The position numbers and the translations under genes were made by a program. 64,000 nucleotides of DNA. Origin: the human T2T-CHM13v2.0 reference genome, Homo sapiens. The DNA is taken from assembly GCF_009914755.1 (NCBI RefSeq), contig NC_060928.1; one strand, 5' to 3'. Below, in pieces: positions 26,935-43,100 of this stretch (position 1 is the stretch's first letter; the number at the start of each line of letters is the position of its first letter). The notes under the pieces were generated by a model. The model was not told the origin of the DNA and did not search any database. It saw only the letters and a program-made list of their open reading frames with translations.

Positions 26935-27175
26935 TAAGCACATACCTATACTTAAGAGGACAGGCTTTGGAGTTGGCTCACTTGGGTTGGAATTTCATCT
27001 CTAGTGTCACCCTAACCAAATGAGGTAGCCTGTCTCTGGGACCAATTAATAGTACCTACTTTACAGGTTGACATGCAAATTAAATAAGTTCATATATGTA
27101 AAGTGCTTCGAACAGTGCATGGTGCATAATAAGTACTCAACAAAATGTTATGAATATTGTTATTATCAATATTAT
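26935..27175 (+). mobile_element. MIR
   Basis: ggctttggagtt...tgggttggaatt...taatagtacctac...aagtgcttcgaacagtgcatggtgcataataagtactcaacaaaatgtta. Confidence 0.75.
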
Positions 27176-27852
27176 TACTAGGTTTTTTAGCTCACTCCTA
27201 CCACTCCCAAAACCCAATACCAAATTTGAACAAGTCTTTATTAGTCCTTACACCCACTCTTAATTGACAATCTCCTCTTCATTTTTATTTTTGCTTCTCA
27301 AGCTCCTACCACCACCCTATCCATTATGGATAGCATCAGTTTTTTTACTCTAGTAATCCTTGCCAGTAAAGGCTGAACCTTCTGTGTGCCTCGGTTGTCT
27401 CTAAGCTCCATGATTGACAGGACAAGAATAAGGACAAGGATTGGGGTTTTTCATTTTTCTTGTTTTCAGCTGCCACTTTCTCCAAGACTACTCAACAATC
27501 TCTCAATCTCTACCTGACATTTGCTTTGCATATCAGCTAATGAGATTCTAAACGTTCTTCCACCGATTTCGATGGTTCAGGGCTGCTTCAAATTCACCAT
27601 ATATCTCTCTTGTTATCTTTAGGAACAGTAGTATGATGTTGATGCCCCTTTCAATATCTGAGTGGTTATTTCTATTCCACACCCTTGTTGTAAATGACAC
27701 TGATGTGTATGTATCCCCACAAGCAATTCAGTTAGCCTAGAGTGACTCTTCTTTAATCAATCTGCATTTTATTATTTTGTTTTTTAACTCTGTCAATAGT
27801 AGATACAATTGACTCTAATGTCCAAAATCCAGGTTATAGTTTATTTGAACAC

Positions 27853-28256
27853 TGATATAGTTTGAATATCTATCCCTTTCAAATCTCATATGAAAATTTG
27901 ATCCCCAGTGTTGGAGGTGGGCCCTAGTGGCGGGTATATGGGTCATGGGAGTGGATCTCTCATCAATGGCTTGATGCCTTTATCATGGTAATCAGCAAGT
28001 TCTCGCTCCATTAGTTCGTGTGAGAACTGATTGTTAAAAGGAACCTGGCACCTTCCTGCTTTCTCTCCTATTCCCCCTCTCATCATGTGACACACTGGCT
28101 CTCCTCGCCTTCCGCTACTAGTAAAAGCTTCCTGAAGCCTCACCAGAAGCTGAGAAGATGTACGATCTCCAGAACCATGAGCCAAATAAATCTCTTTTCT
28201 TATAAATTACCCAGCCTCAGGTACTCCTTTATGGAAAAACAAAGCAGACTAACACA
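27853..28256 (+). mobile_element. MST (MSTB-like) solo LTR
   Basis: TGATATAGTTTGAATATCT...ccagtgttggaggtggg...gagccaaataaatc...ataaattacccagcctcagg...GACTAACACA. Confidence 0.9.
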
Positions 28257-28857
28257 AGCATCTACCTTTAGAAATTGCATGCCTACCTGCTCTATTCTTA
28301 TGTTGACTTGTATAAAGAGTTATATGAATTTTCATTGTCCAGATTTGTCTTGATTTCAAATATTATATTCCATTAACTTTATATGTACATTCTTCCTCAC
28401 TGTGTGTCTCTATTTTTGATTAAAAACTGTGATCACCGTTTCTATGTGGGCTTAGGTGATATGGAATTTTAGACCATTGGATAGATCCCTGGGCATGTGA
28501 TTAAAAATCATGCCAGAAGCAAGAGATATGTTTCCTTAGATGATACTGCTATGCACCCAGGATTGAGATCTTGTAGTATAAACCACAACAGTGGGTAGAA
28601 ATTGGGTTATTATTTGAGTAGACAGTTTATTCCTCTCAGTTAACTAAATGAATATCTGAAACATACAAAGGTTCTGAAACTGACAACTATAGTACCCAGT
28701 GGAAGATCCAAAAATGGCGAATGAACCATCTTTCGCAGAAAGAAAATCCTCATAATCATAAGGAATAGCTTAGTTTATAAGATACCCAAGATAGTGAACA
28801 TATATTTTTTAACCAGAAAACCAATCCCCATAAAAAAAGGAATTTATTTTTCATGAA

Positions 28858-29459
28858 TACAATAGTTAATTTTATGTGTCAACTTGACTGGACCATGGAG
28901 TGCCCAGATATTTCATTAAATGTTATTACTGACATATCTGTAAGGGTGTTCTGGATGAGATTGACATGTGAATCAATGGACTGAGTAAACTATATTGTCT
29001 TTTCCATAGAGAACGGGCCTCATCTAATCTGTTGAAGGACTGAATAGAACAAAAAGCCTGAGTAACAGAAAATTCTGTCTCTTTCCTGGAATGTCTTTGA
29101 GCTGGGACATTAGTTCTGCCACTGGATTCTGACATGGACTTAGACTGGAAATTACACCTCGGGCCTGTGTCTTGGAACCTAGACTGGAACTATGCCATCA
29201 GCACTTCCAGGTCTTCAACTTGCTTACTGGAAATTTTGGGACTTCTCAGTCTCTATAACTGTCTGAGCCAATTCCTTATAATAAATAAATAAATGTGTGT
29301 ATGTATGTACATATATATGTATACACAAGTATACATGTATATATACATTCATAATGTATATAATGCATATATATTTATAATCATATACATATATGTGTTT
29401 GTGTGTGTATATATAGATAGCCTATTGGCTCTGGTTCTCTGGAGAAAGATGACTAATAG
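28858..29459 (+). mobile_element. MLT2 (ERVL) solo LTR with internal TA/TG microsatellite
   Basis: gttaattttatgtgtcaacttgactgg...tgcccagat...gagccaattccttataataaat...cctattggctctggttctctggagaa...gactaata; microsatellite at about 29293-29418. Confidence 0.9.
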
Positions 29460-29732
29460 GGCTTTAGTTTATGACTTCTGCAATACTTAATAGTTTAGGA
29501 AAGAGTTGTCTAAAAATACTAGTTGTCATGTCCTCAGAAATGAGCAATAAATGCTACCATTTTCATGTATACATAATAGAATCTTGTGAAGAATTTTCTC
29601 AAAGACCACCCCATGTCATTTTCTACCATTATACACAGCCTACTTATTACACCTCAGATAAAAACAAAAAAGGAGCATATTAAGATGATCACAATGGAAT
29701 TCGCTGCAACAGAAGCAGCTCTCACAAGTTAG

Positions 29733-32180
<2,448 letters not shown>

Positions 32181-33036
32181 GTACCAGCCCATGACTACCT
32201 TGTTTTCAAGACCTTCTGCTAATCGTATATGCCTGGGTTTTGGCTCTGGTATATTAGACTGCCCACTGGCAAGGAACTCAAGTTCCATTCAGGCATAAAA
32301 ATCCTCAGTCTCACACCAGCAAATAATTCACCCAGACTCCCTTCTGTCTTTCCTTCTTTGACAGTTCACCTCCTGTCAAGTGAACTTAAAAGGGTATTAA
32401 TATTCTTCCTTTTGCGACTATTAAAGTCAGATCAGCACTTTTTATGTTATCTTTAACTCTTTCTCTTTATTTTGTAAATATTCACCCCTTTACTAATAGA
32501 AATGTGTACATATATAATAACGTGTATATATTTTCATCTGCTTTTCATGTTAATAATGAGTCTGCCCACTAGAAATCTTAAATGTACTACAATTTTTGTA
32601 TATAAAATGGCATTCTGATAAGCTTTTCTCACTTCAAAAATCAAATACAATCCCATCCTAAGAATGAATTTAGTAAGGCTGAGAAACAGACCCTTTTATG
32701 GTTCTATATTGTATTCTCATTAATTCAATTTGACGCAGAAGCCATCCTTACAATCACCCCAAATCAGGCCTCTGCTGACCTGAAGGGTTCCCTCTCCTTG
32801 ATAACATCTCTTAATAGAGTAGCTGTTCCCCAGGTTTGGCTGTAATCTCTTATTTTTACTGTTTTCAACCTGGATCCCATTAAGCAGGACAAGTCCCTCT
32901 ACGACTAATTTTTGTGATAGCCTCAAGAAACAAGGGAAAAAAGAAAGTAAGTTCCTCCAGTTCTTGAGGAATACGATAGGACAAACAAGTTAACTACACA
33001 GAGGAAATGGGATTCACAATACAGTTTTTAGGGCAT

Positions 33037-33995
33037 TTCATTCATTCATTCATATTCTAATATGTCAGGCACCATTCTAGGCATTAGGGTTTAAATGGTG
33101 AATTTAAGAGTCCTTGCACTTTTGAGGTCACATTCTAGTAGGAAGAGACAAACAATCAACAAAAATATTAAAAAAACCATATTGGTTAGAATATCAGAGT
33201 GGTGAGTGCTATGGAGAGAAATAAAATGGGTAATGAGGAAGGGCTTCTCTATTAAGCAGACCTACAGGAAGTCAGGGAATGAGCCACATGGGTGGGTGTA
33301 TATTTGACTTTGTGCTTCATAATAAGGACACTGGTTTTTCCTCTGAGTGAAAAATGCATCCATTCAAAGATTTTGAGCAAAGGAGTGATATGACCTAACA
33401 CATTAAAATGACCATTTTTGGCTGCCCCATTGAGACTTTCTTGTAGCAAGGAAGGAATTTGGATTTTCCAAACCAGTGTGAGAGATATTATGAATGCCCA
33501 GTAGTATCCTGTTCCCATTTCTGCCTGGGCTCACGAGCAGGTATGCTTCCCAACCACTGTGTAGATGGGGTTGAGGCAACATGACTGGTGTTGGGTGACA
33601 ACCTGTGGGCATTAGTGACATGTGTCTCTTCTATACTGAGGCTACAAGATTCTCCGGTCTCTTTCTTCCCTGCTGCTTCAACTGGTGACCTTATACATGG
33701 TTCAGCCTCTGTCAGACTGGATCCCTGAGTGACAATAAGAAGCTCCTCTAGTATCCTTACCCATGCAAACATAAAGTAGACATTTGTGAAGAAGATGCAT
33801 AATATTTTGGTGTTAAGCCACTGAGGTTTGGAGAGTTCAGAGTTAACTGCTGCTAAAGCCTAGCCTGTTCTGAAGAAATCAACTAAATGGGAAGCTAGTA
33901 CAGTAACTCAGTTCTGAGATGACAGTGGCTTGGACCAAGGTTAAAGTAGTGAAGGTGAGATTCTGGATAAGTTTTGAAGGTAAAGTCAAATCATT
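33037..33995 (-). mobile_element. L2 fragment split by an MLT1 LTR
   Basis: ttcattcattcattc...gtcaggcaccattctaggc...gatttgagcaaaggagtgatatg, resuming after the LTR as gatgacagtggcttggaccaagg...ttttgaaggtaaag. Confidence 0.75.
33441..33882 (+). mobile_element. Old MLT1 (J/K/L-like) LTR
   Basis: ctggatccctgagtgac...gttaagccactgaggtttgg...gttaactgctgctaaagcctagcctgttctga is an MLT1 3' end. Confidence 0.65.
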
Positions 33996-35512
33996 TGACC
34001 TATTCATGTTATTTTTATAGGAAATTATTTTTGAACGTGTAAACACTTCATAAATTTGTATCCTTGGTTAAAACAATGCTTAAAATGACAAATATAATCT
34101 ATCCAAGCATATATAAACTCTTTGGGCTTATGTAACATAATTACTATAAGTGGTCTCAAAAACAAATTCAGTGATGAATATCTGCCATTTATATTCTGCC
34201 TTTCTTTCTTTAGTAATGTAATATCTTTTGAAAAAATATAAATTTCCATATAGTGGAAATTGGTATCATATTCATTATGTGTTCTGGCAACAATTTCTAA
34301 TAAGAAGACATGTAATTTTTTAAACTCACTGAACTAAACTGCCTTGGGAATTACCAGATATCTTATGCTAAGACAGAATATGACAGTCTGTACTATTTTA
34401 ATGATACTAAATGAGTTGTGCTTCAAGTTGTCCCAAATGTTAAAGATGTGCCTAAATTGAAATACCACAAGCTATTTATTTAGGAAACGTGTAGTAAAGA
34501 GAAAATGATCTGTAAGAACTTGTTGTAGGCACTTGAATCATCATCAAAGGAAGAAATTCTTCATCTTTCTAAGGTCAAATCTTTATGTAAACCACTTTAT
34601 AGTGTTTTTAAGAGCATGATATGTAAGAACCTTCATGTGGCACCAAAGGAAACTAACATTAACACCACAAATTAGTCGAACACCTTATATTTGCTCTGTG
34701 CATTTAACAATATAAGCACTTGAAAACTGAATGATGATGATATGTCCCTGAATTAATACAGTCAGATATAAATTATATCTTGATATTAGTTATCATTCTT
34801 AAAGGTGAAAAGAGAAAGATAAGTTGTTTTGATCAAAGTTTGTCATTTTTTCCTATAATTTATTTGTCATTAGATCCAGCTATAGTTTTAAAATGGTCAA
34901 GCCTATCGGGTAGGGTTCTATAAACTACATTTATGCTCTACTCAGATCGTCACTTTTATGAGTATTAATAGTAACACAGTATCCACAGGTCCAACCACGC
35001 ATTTAATTATACAACTTTCCAATATCTTTTCCATTAAGAATTAAGAACCCTGCGATCATCAAAAAAAGTTGCATGACATAAAATGATTTTATAAATTTAT
35101 GTTGGAAATGAACCATAAAAATATTTTTCTGAAAAATATTAGGTTACTTAAGAGGCAACCTTTGGCTCAAATAATTTATATGATTTAATCAGCTTTGATT
35201 AAAAAACCAGGCTTATCTTTTTAGTTTCTGATTTGTTCAAGGTTAAAAGTCAAATATACATAAAATAAAACATATATTTTTAGAATTTATGACCATTACA
35301 GAAATTATTATTATATTAATCTTAAGGCACAAAACATTTCTGAAGTTACTGCATGTTCATCACTGAGAATATTGAAGTCATAATATCCCCTTTGACTAAG
35401 ACTTAGATTATATGTATGCATCACTTTCTGGGCTATTGTTTCCTAATGTATAAATATAGGCCTTCACCATCCACAATCCCTTCACTTTCTAAAATTCCTT
35501 GACTCCAAATCA

Positions 35513-35560
35513 TTGATACTCTGGCATCTCTTCTTGTTGATACTCTGGCATCTCTTCTTG
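35513..35560 (+). repeat. Perfect 24-bp tandem duplication
   Basis: ttgatactctggcatctcttcttg x2. Confidence 0.95.
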
Positions 35561-35594
35561 ACATTTCTACTGTCACTGACATAGTTCAGGTTCT

Positions 35595-35703
35595 CATTAT
35601 CCTACACTTGACACACTGGTTTCCCAAGTATATGGTGTCCATATTTATACTATCCATTATCCTACACTTAACACGCTGATCTCCCAAGAATGGGTGTCCA
35701 TAT
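35595..35703 (+). repeat. Imperfect 60-bp-period tandem duplication within L2
   Basis: cattatcctacactt(g/a)acac(a/g)ctg(g/a)t(t/c)tcccaag...ggtgtccatat at 35595 and 35655. Confidence 0.9.
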
Positions 35704-35947
35704 CTCCAGTCTGGCCTTATTCCCAACAGCCTCCAAACTGCTACCGGAGTTATTATTCCAAAATGCAAATCTGATGGCTTGAGTTACCCTCTGATGAAAA
35801 TGTTTTAAATGTATTTCTTCTTCCAGAAAAACATCCTGAATCCCATCATTTGATTTTGATGCTTCTCCACCAAGACCCTGGCACCCAGAGCATTTCTCTT
35901 TTATAGAACTTATCACAATGTACTATGAAAATTGATATACTGCTACA

Positions 35948-36298
35948 TGCTATGGTTTGAATGTGTCCCACCAAAAAACCATTTGCTGGAAACTTAATCT
36001 CCAATGCAATGGTTGGGAGGTGAAGCCTAATGGGAGGTATTTAGGTCATCAGGGCTCCATTCTCATGAATGGATCAAGGCCAATTATAAAAGGGCTTGAG
36101 ACCACACATTCATATCTTGCTCTTTCTCGCTCACTCTTTGGCCTTTTCCCATGGAATGATGCAGCAAGAAGGCCCTCATCAGATGCTGGCCCCTGGATCT
36201 TAGACTTCCCAACCTCCAGAACCATGAGGCAATAAATTCATGTTCACTATAAATTACCCATTCTGTGGTATTCTGTTATAGCAGCAGAGACTAAAACA
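35948..36298 (+). mobile_element. MST (MSTD/C-like) solo LTR
   Basis: TGCTATGGTTTGAATGTGTCCC...gcaagaaggccctc...gacttcccaacctccagaacc...caataaatt...GACTAAAACA. Confidence 0.9.
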
Positions 36299-38171
36299 CC
36301 ATCTTTCCCTCTAGTCTCCTTGAGGATAAATAGAACATTTGATTTGGGATCCTTGGTGTCTAGCACATTGCTTTGTAGCTCACAATGAACAGTACATGCT
36401 TGTTGAATAAACAAAGGAGTGCATAAATAGTTATCTCTAATACCTGAATGTGAGGTTTTATTAAAGGATGGAGGTAGCATATTCTCTAAGGCTCTATAAA
36501 TATTTATGCCCAGTTGAAAATATGCTCATAAATTTCTAGCACCTATTTTGCCACAAGAGATACAGAAGGGAAATAAACATTAACTCTACGGTATACTTTT
36601 TAATACTCATACTATAAAATCATCAATCAAAATAAAACTGCTTTTTTGCCTAATTCATTTTATTTAGACTGTTTTGATTTATGATCTGGTTAAATGTGCT
36701 GTGTATTGACTTACACTACTATAAATACTTATGTGCCACCAAAAAGTTTTTCATTTTGAGCAAGAAACTACAAATGTGAAGTTATTAGAGAACTCTCTCC
36801 TACCACATCCTAGTTATTATAAATAGAATCTAAATTTGGGGTCTAAATTAAGAAAATACACGTAAGTTTCATACAGCATAATTTAGAACAGGAAGTTACT
36901 CTGGTAACCATATAGGTAAGTTGGCAAGCAGCAAGTCAAACTATAGCCTTAGTTTCTTATAAGGAAATAGAAAGTATACTTTATGACCTTGCATTCCTTA
37001 TCGATTAACTCCTTCCTCCTGGGCTATAGTGTCAAAATTTTAGGCTCGTCTTTTTAATTTAAGTAGACTGTTTACAAGAAGGTTGAAGAGAATTTTAGTA
37101 AATCCCATCCCATTGTCTTCAAAACTTTTCGGATGTTTTGTATAGGACTAACGATAGTGATAACCTTTCACCTTTCTTTGGTTAACACACTGGTCCAATC
37201 AACAAAGCAATTTAGTCCCATTCAGTCAAACTACGGTAAGCCCAAATGACATTTTAAACAGTCTCTATCCTGGAAATATTCTGAAAATAACCATTGAGTC
37301 AATAGCAGGAATACTGATATTAAGGTTATTTATTTTATGTAAATTCTTTGAATATAAGTAGATACATAAAATCTGAAAGTGCTATGTACACAATATACTG
37401 ACAATATTATTCATAACAACAATTAAACAGAAATATTTTCTAAGAAGGATTTGCATGAATTTACTTGATATAAATGCAAAAGAAAAAAGAAAAACGAATT
37501 ACACTTTATATCCTCCTTGACAGCAATAGTCCAGCTCTCCGTAGCTTTTTAAAGCAGATTTTCAACTAAAATTTCCTTAAGATAAAACAAAGCAGTACTT
37601 CCATAGCTTCTGAGAACTGGTTCTTTAACAGGCACACTCAACATGTTTTAAGTATTTTAATATCAGTTCTTTGGTATCTGTAATTTCTTAAGAACCAATA
37701 CTCTATTATACATGATTTAAGGAGAAAAATGCACACTCAGGCAAATTCTACCATTAACAACAGGAACTCGTAATACAGATTAATGGTAGCACATGCCCCT
37801 TAGTGGTTAATATAACATTTCCAAAAGCTTTATGTTAACTGCCGTAATGTGCTGAAACTTTGGGACCATCTGAGAATAGTTCTATTTGCAGCCTCAGGAG
37901 GAGGCAAAAATTGTTAGCATAGAATATTTCAAATATTTAGATAACTTTAGATAAAAATAATGTTAGATAAAGTAGCAGCTCACTCTCACACAACTATGCG
38001 TGCTCTCTAGCTTTGGGCTGTATCCTCAGAAAACATAAGATCAGTTCAAAAAATAAGAATTTGACTAAACCATCCAATTTGGCATATATTTATTCTCTGC
38101 TATGTTAAATTGTGTTATGCACCAAGGGGATGAGGGTATCATGACTTAATAAAAATGAGTATATTCCAAAA

Positions 38172-38295
38172 GAAGACAGGAATAAAGGAAGGGAAGAGGG
38201 GAGGCAGGGAGAGAGGGAGGCAGGAAAGGGGGAGGGGGAGAGGAGGAGGGAGGGAGGAGGGAAGGAAGAAAGAAGGAAGGAAGGAAGGAAGGAAA
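38172..38295 (+). repeat. Polypurine (GGA/GGAA) low-complexity tract
   Basis: ggaagggaagaggggaggcaggga...(ggaa)n. Confidence 0.9.
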
Positions 38296-38349
38296 AATAA
38301 GAATATATGTTATAAGATTTCAGACATGATGATAGGGTGACACAAAACA

Positions 38350-39240
38350 AATGCCTGTAAGAAAGGACATGTTCAATTTCTGAGGTTGGGACACTGCAAA
38401 CAGGAACCAAAGGCCCTAAGTTGGAAAGCACATGGGGATTTTTAAGGAACAGAATTAAGGCCAGTGGAACTCAGTGATAGTGATTGCGGCAGAAGATGTG
38501 ACCTGGGAGGCAGAGAGAAGTGGGATGATACAAGGCATTGCAGGCCACGATGAAGAGTAATTTTTTAATTTTATTCTGAGGATAGAGATGAGGTATTAGA
38601 AGATCACATGGTAGAAAGTCACTGACCTACTATAGATGTTAAAAGCCCATCCTCACTGTCTGGGGCAGAATGTGTTTTGGATGGGCAAGAGTTGAAGCAA
38701 GAAACAGTTAGATTACTGCCATATTATAGATGTGAGAGTCCTGCCCTGGAAGGGAGCAGAGAGATGGAGAGATGTATGTGTGGGAGACTGTTAGTAGATG
38801 GATTCTACATATGCCGTGAAATCAGTCTCAGGACATGTTGATAACTGGAGTACACAGTGAGAAGCTGACGAATGGAATGGGATGCAGAGGAGGAATTTTG
38901 GGGTAACGGAAGAAGGGGGAGAAACAACTTTTGTTTTATGGATAGGTTGTATGTGAGGAGCCTGTTTCAAGTGGAGACATTAACTATGCAGATGAGTGTA
39001 TGATTCTGGATTTCAAGTGGAAAGTTAGGGCTGGAACTGTGAATTTAGGAGTCATTAGCATATAAGTCAAATTTCAGTCCATGGAACTTAATGAGATTAC
39101 CTAAGAAGGATAATCAGAACCATGGCACACAACTGGGGAAAATACATGTGTACACAGAGAAGAGAAGGGGACCCAGATGGAGTCCTGAGGCCTGGACACT
39201 TAACAGTTGTGGAGAAGAGGAAGAGCCAGGAAAGGAGAAA
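38350..39240 (-). mobile_element. L2 fragment
   Basis: ggaacagaattaaggccagtgg...gggctggaactgtgaatttaggagtcattagcat...gagtcctgaggcctggacac. Confidence 0.7.
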
Positions 39241-40059
39241 GAGACGGACAGATCTGAGAGGAAGAGAGGCAAAAGGGAAGCGGAACATGATTTCATGGCA
39301 ATCAAGAGATGCACTTCCAGAAGATGGAAGGGGTCACATTGGCCAAAATCAAATATAGCAAGTTATCACAAGTCCTTAGAGAAATCACTGAAAGAAAAAA
39401 AGGCATTAAAAAGTGACAACTCTAAAAAGTTTGAACTTTTCAAGACAGTTCTGCCAATAAACCTAAAGTTCATAGTAAAATAAGCATTCAATCACATTTT
39501 ATTGCTTAGCTGCTCCCATTGTGAACTTTTAATTAATATATAAAAAACCCCTATGTTAATTTATTCTAATCACTATAAAATAATTAACATCTTGACTATG
39601 TCTCAGATTCTGCATGTATATATCTATGAAATAAGGCATAAGTAACACACATAATAGATTCATCTGCATTTCAGTGAGTTACCTTATTGCTTCAGTAAAA
39701 TATTACTAAAAGATCAGCATAACCACAAATATAAATGGAAAAAAATTATCATTCAGTAGTTCTCTCTCAATAATCCTCCTGCTAAGAATAAAATTTTGTT
39801 TCTGAATACATTTAACTCTTTAGTCACATTGATTAAGGGAACATCTAAAGATAGGCCGTTAACTCTGAAGTTTTTCACTTGTGCTAAAGGACAAACAGTA
39901 AAGTACTTTAAAAGGTATAATATGCTGTAACAAATGATTTAAAAATTGAACAATTTATCAAATAATTTATCAAGTTATTATATAGCCAGGCAGGTCTCGT
40001 TTCATTGTACTAGGTCAAGTTTAGAATATAATTGATTTCTTTAATTCTATATAGTTCCT

Positions 40060-40170
40060 GTTTTCTGCTAGACAGAGAGAACTTCTGGTAGGGAATGTTT
40101 TTATCTAGTGTAATGCCTTGCACATGGAACAGAGTAGGCGCTTAATACATGTCTGTTGAATGAACAAATC
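40060..40170 (+). mobile_element. L2 3' end
   Basis: ctgctagacag...ggtagggaatgt...gagtaggcgcttaatacatgtctgttgaatgaacaaa. Confidence 0.6.
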
Positions 40171-43100
40171 AATGGGAAGGTGGTAGCAGAAAAGTAAGAT
40201 GAGGGGGATCACAAAATTGCCCCCTTCTAAAATAAAATATTTGCAAACAAAACTTTTTCAATGACGGGCCAAAAAAGTGGGTATATATGAGAACTTTGCA
40301 TGACACAAGTAAGAAAATGTGAACATAGTAAATTGTTTAACTAGAGGCTGACAAAATAATTACAGGCACAAATGGAAAATCGCCTCAATATAGTGCTGTA
40401 TTGCTATTTTAAAGATAGAAAAGAAACAATATTTTGTAAAAGTGATCATATTCACTTATTGATAGAAAGAAATGTAGAATTTAGGATAAGAAACATTTGG
40501 TGTTAGGCAAAGAGACTAAACAAAAGTTATTTTAATGAACATTTTAAAGACTTACATATGGAAAAACTGCCCATCTATATATAGACAAGTCAGTAAAATA
40601 GCCATTCAGTTTTCTTGGATAATTCATTCTGCTTACTGTGCAGTTAGTTGTTACTTGGAGAGGAATCCACTGGACAGTCACAAGGAACAGATATCCAAAT
40701 CCTGATTCCTTCACCCGCTAGTGAACCCACTTAGGGTTACAAATGCTAGTAATTACCACATCAGATAGTTCCAGAAATCAGATGAGACAATGTATTTGAA
40801 AATTATGAAGCAATAGTAAAATTATAACTATCAATTATAAAGCAATAGTAAAATATGTTGTGTTCCAAATAAAATGATGATTTTATTTCTGCATTGTGTT
40901 TATTTATTTTTTACTAAGGCATTCTTGAGTCATTTACTGATTTGTTCTATTCTCAAACAGAAAATTCCATTTAAATATCAATATGTGTCCAAACTCTATA
41001 ATGTCGCTGTCACTGACATTGTTTGGGAGCATCAAGGACAGCCAGACCATTTTGGCTTATATCAAAATGTATGTGTAATACATGGGAAATATACTGAAAT
41101 TCTTGAAGTGTGGTGTGTTAGTTATCTAATTACTATTTATTGTGCAAAATGTTACAAGAAAGCTTGCTTTGTCTGTGTGTGTGAGGGTGTGTGTGTAGTT
41201 GTGAGGAAAAGAAATAGGGAGATGGATGATAAAAATAAATCTCTAATATAAAATAGTCTATATTTCCTATGCTATTTAAATAGCAATGTATAGTTTGGGG
41301 AAGGAATTATAGGTTTATTTTATGAATAGCTACACTATCTTAATTAATTTATTGTTTTCTTGCCCCGAGTAGCCAAGATTATGATAGCTCATAACTCTTT
41401 ATATGTGTTTGCTTCTATCATGCTACTTCCGCCATTTATTGTTAATTTCTTTAAAAATTAGAATGTGCATAGCGTTTTGTCGTATCAATTTTTGAATATG
41501 TTTCTGCTTCCTGTTAAAATTAACATGGAATAATCTTAGCAGAAAGCATCCAGTTACTAAGCTGCTCTCTTGCAGCCTTAGAAGACTGAATTATTATCTG
41601 TCCTTTGTTTTTATGATAACCACGCATAAAATATATACTAGATAGCTTAAAGGTTTATCTTTATGTTACCTTATGCATTAATGCTTTTAGCTGTGTTTAA
41701 GATTTAAAAGTATATTTTATTCAAGGTCCAAAAGGAAAATGTAATAATTCCACACAAAAATTCACGTTATCACACACACAAAAATCTTGACTTCACCTTT
41801 AATGGAGATTAAGTTACTAATGGAGAGGCCTGCTGTGATGAACTTTACTCTTACTCTGAGAGAAATCCATTATCTAATGAGATCAGAAGAGCAAATTCTT
41901 TCAAATGCAGTGTTTAACTAAACAGAAAAAACTTTTGAAATAATTGTGATTTTTTGCTTTATTTGATGTCATTTTCACCTAGGTATTAATCAGAGGAGTT
42001 ATCCAAAGATTCCTATTTGTTAATATTTGGATAGCTAGGCATATATTGAGTAGTAAATAACATTTCTTTAAAATTTATAGACAATTCTGATTTTGACTGA
42101 TTCAGACTACCCTTTTAAACTACAGAAAAGCTAAAAAATATTTATTAAACACCGATTATATGTCGGGATTCATGTTGTAGAGCACTCAACATATGACATA
42201 TTTAGAGGCAGCTTTAACGGTAACCAACATTATTATAAATAATGTAAGCTTAATTCCAAATTAAAATAAAGATTATGAATGCAATAATAAATTCAAGTAA
42301 ATGTGAAATGACCATGGGCTGCAGCTATTAGGGATGAGATGTTCCGGGAGCTAGAATCTGAAGTCATAATGGAATGGAAAGGAGTTATAAGGAATTCCAG
42401 GCCAGAAATAAGGATATAGCTTTGAATTAGGAAGTCAAGAGACCTCTTTGGAAAACTGGGAGCACAACAATCCAATTACAATGCGGAATTCATGGTTGGA
42501 AAGATGGCAGGAAATATGGTCAGGAACAGACTTTTAAACACTGAATTGCGAACCGAAGTTTTATTGTGTACACTCTATTTTTAAAGAGAATTTTCTGAAT
42601 ATTTTTATCCAACAATACACTTTTTAGTCAGTGGATGGAAACACTAGATGGTGAGCTTTATTAAACTTTAACAATTTTTTTTAATCTGGGAAAAAATGGT
42701 ACTACAAAACACACACTAAGTTTTAAAAAAAATTTCTTTCAAATTTTCTTTCCTTCAAATTTAAGTGTGCTTAAGTACTCATTTCTAACTGTGTACTGTG
42801 GGGCAAAAGTTGTCTAGGTTTTTAATGGCATCCAGTAACTGGGCTAGGAATTTAAGAAATACTGACAAAAGCTGGCTGTATATTCCTGCTTGTTTCAGCA
42901 GGTTTTGCAAATCATTAAGTCAAAAGACAGCGGACTGATCAACAATATTCCAACCTAAAGGCCAATTCTGCTATATTAATAAACAATCTGAAGGCAAATG
43001 ATAGATAGGAAATCTCCACTACTATGTACAGTTAATATTCTCTATCAATTACAACGCCATTTTTTCGCTTTTAAAAATTGTATCTGCCAAAGATGCCAAC

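Larger units (their letters stand above)
35565..36415 (+). mobile_element. L2 3' region split by an MST LTR
   Basis: ccaaaatgcaaatctgat...; resumes after 36298 with ctccttgagga...tgtctagcaca...tgcttgttgaataaacaaa. Confidence 0.65.

Noticed and set aside
39091-39483. 130-aa ORF
   Set aside because: Lies largely in a decayed purine-rich L2 fragment.
40801-40854. 22-bp direct repeat with 32-bp period
   Set aside because: Two copies only in AT-rich DNA; simple local duplication, not an array.
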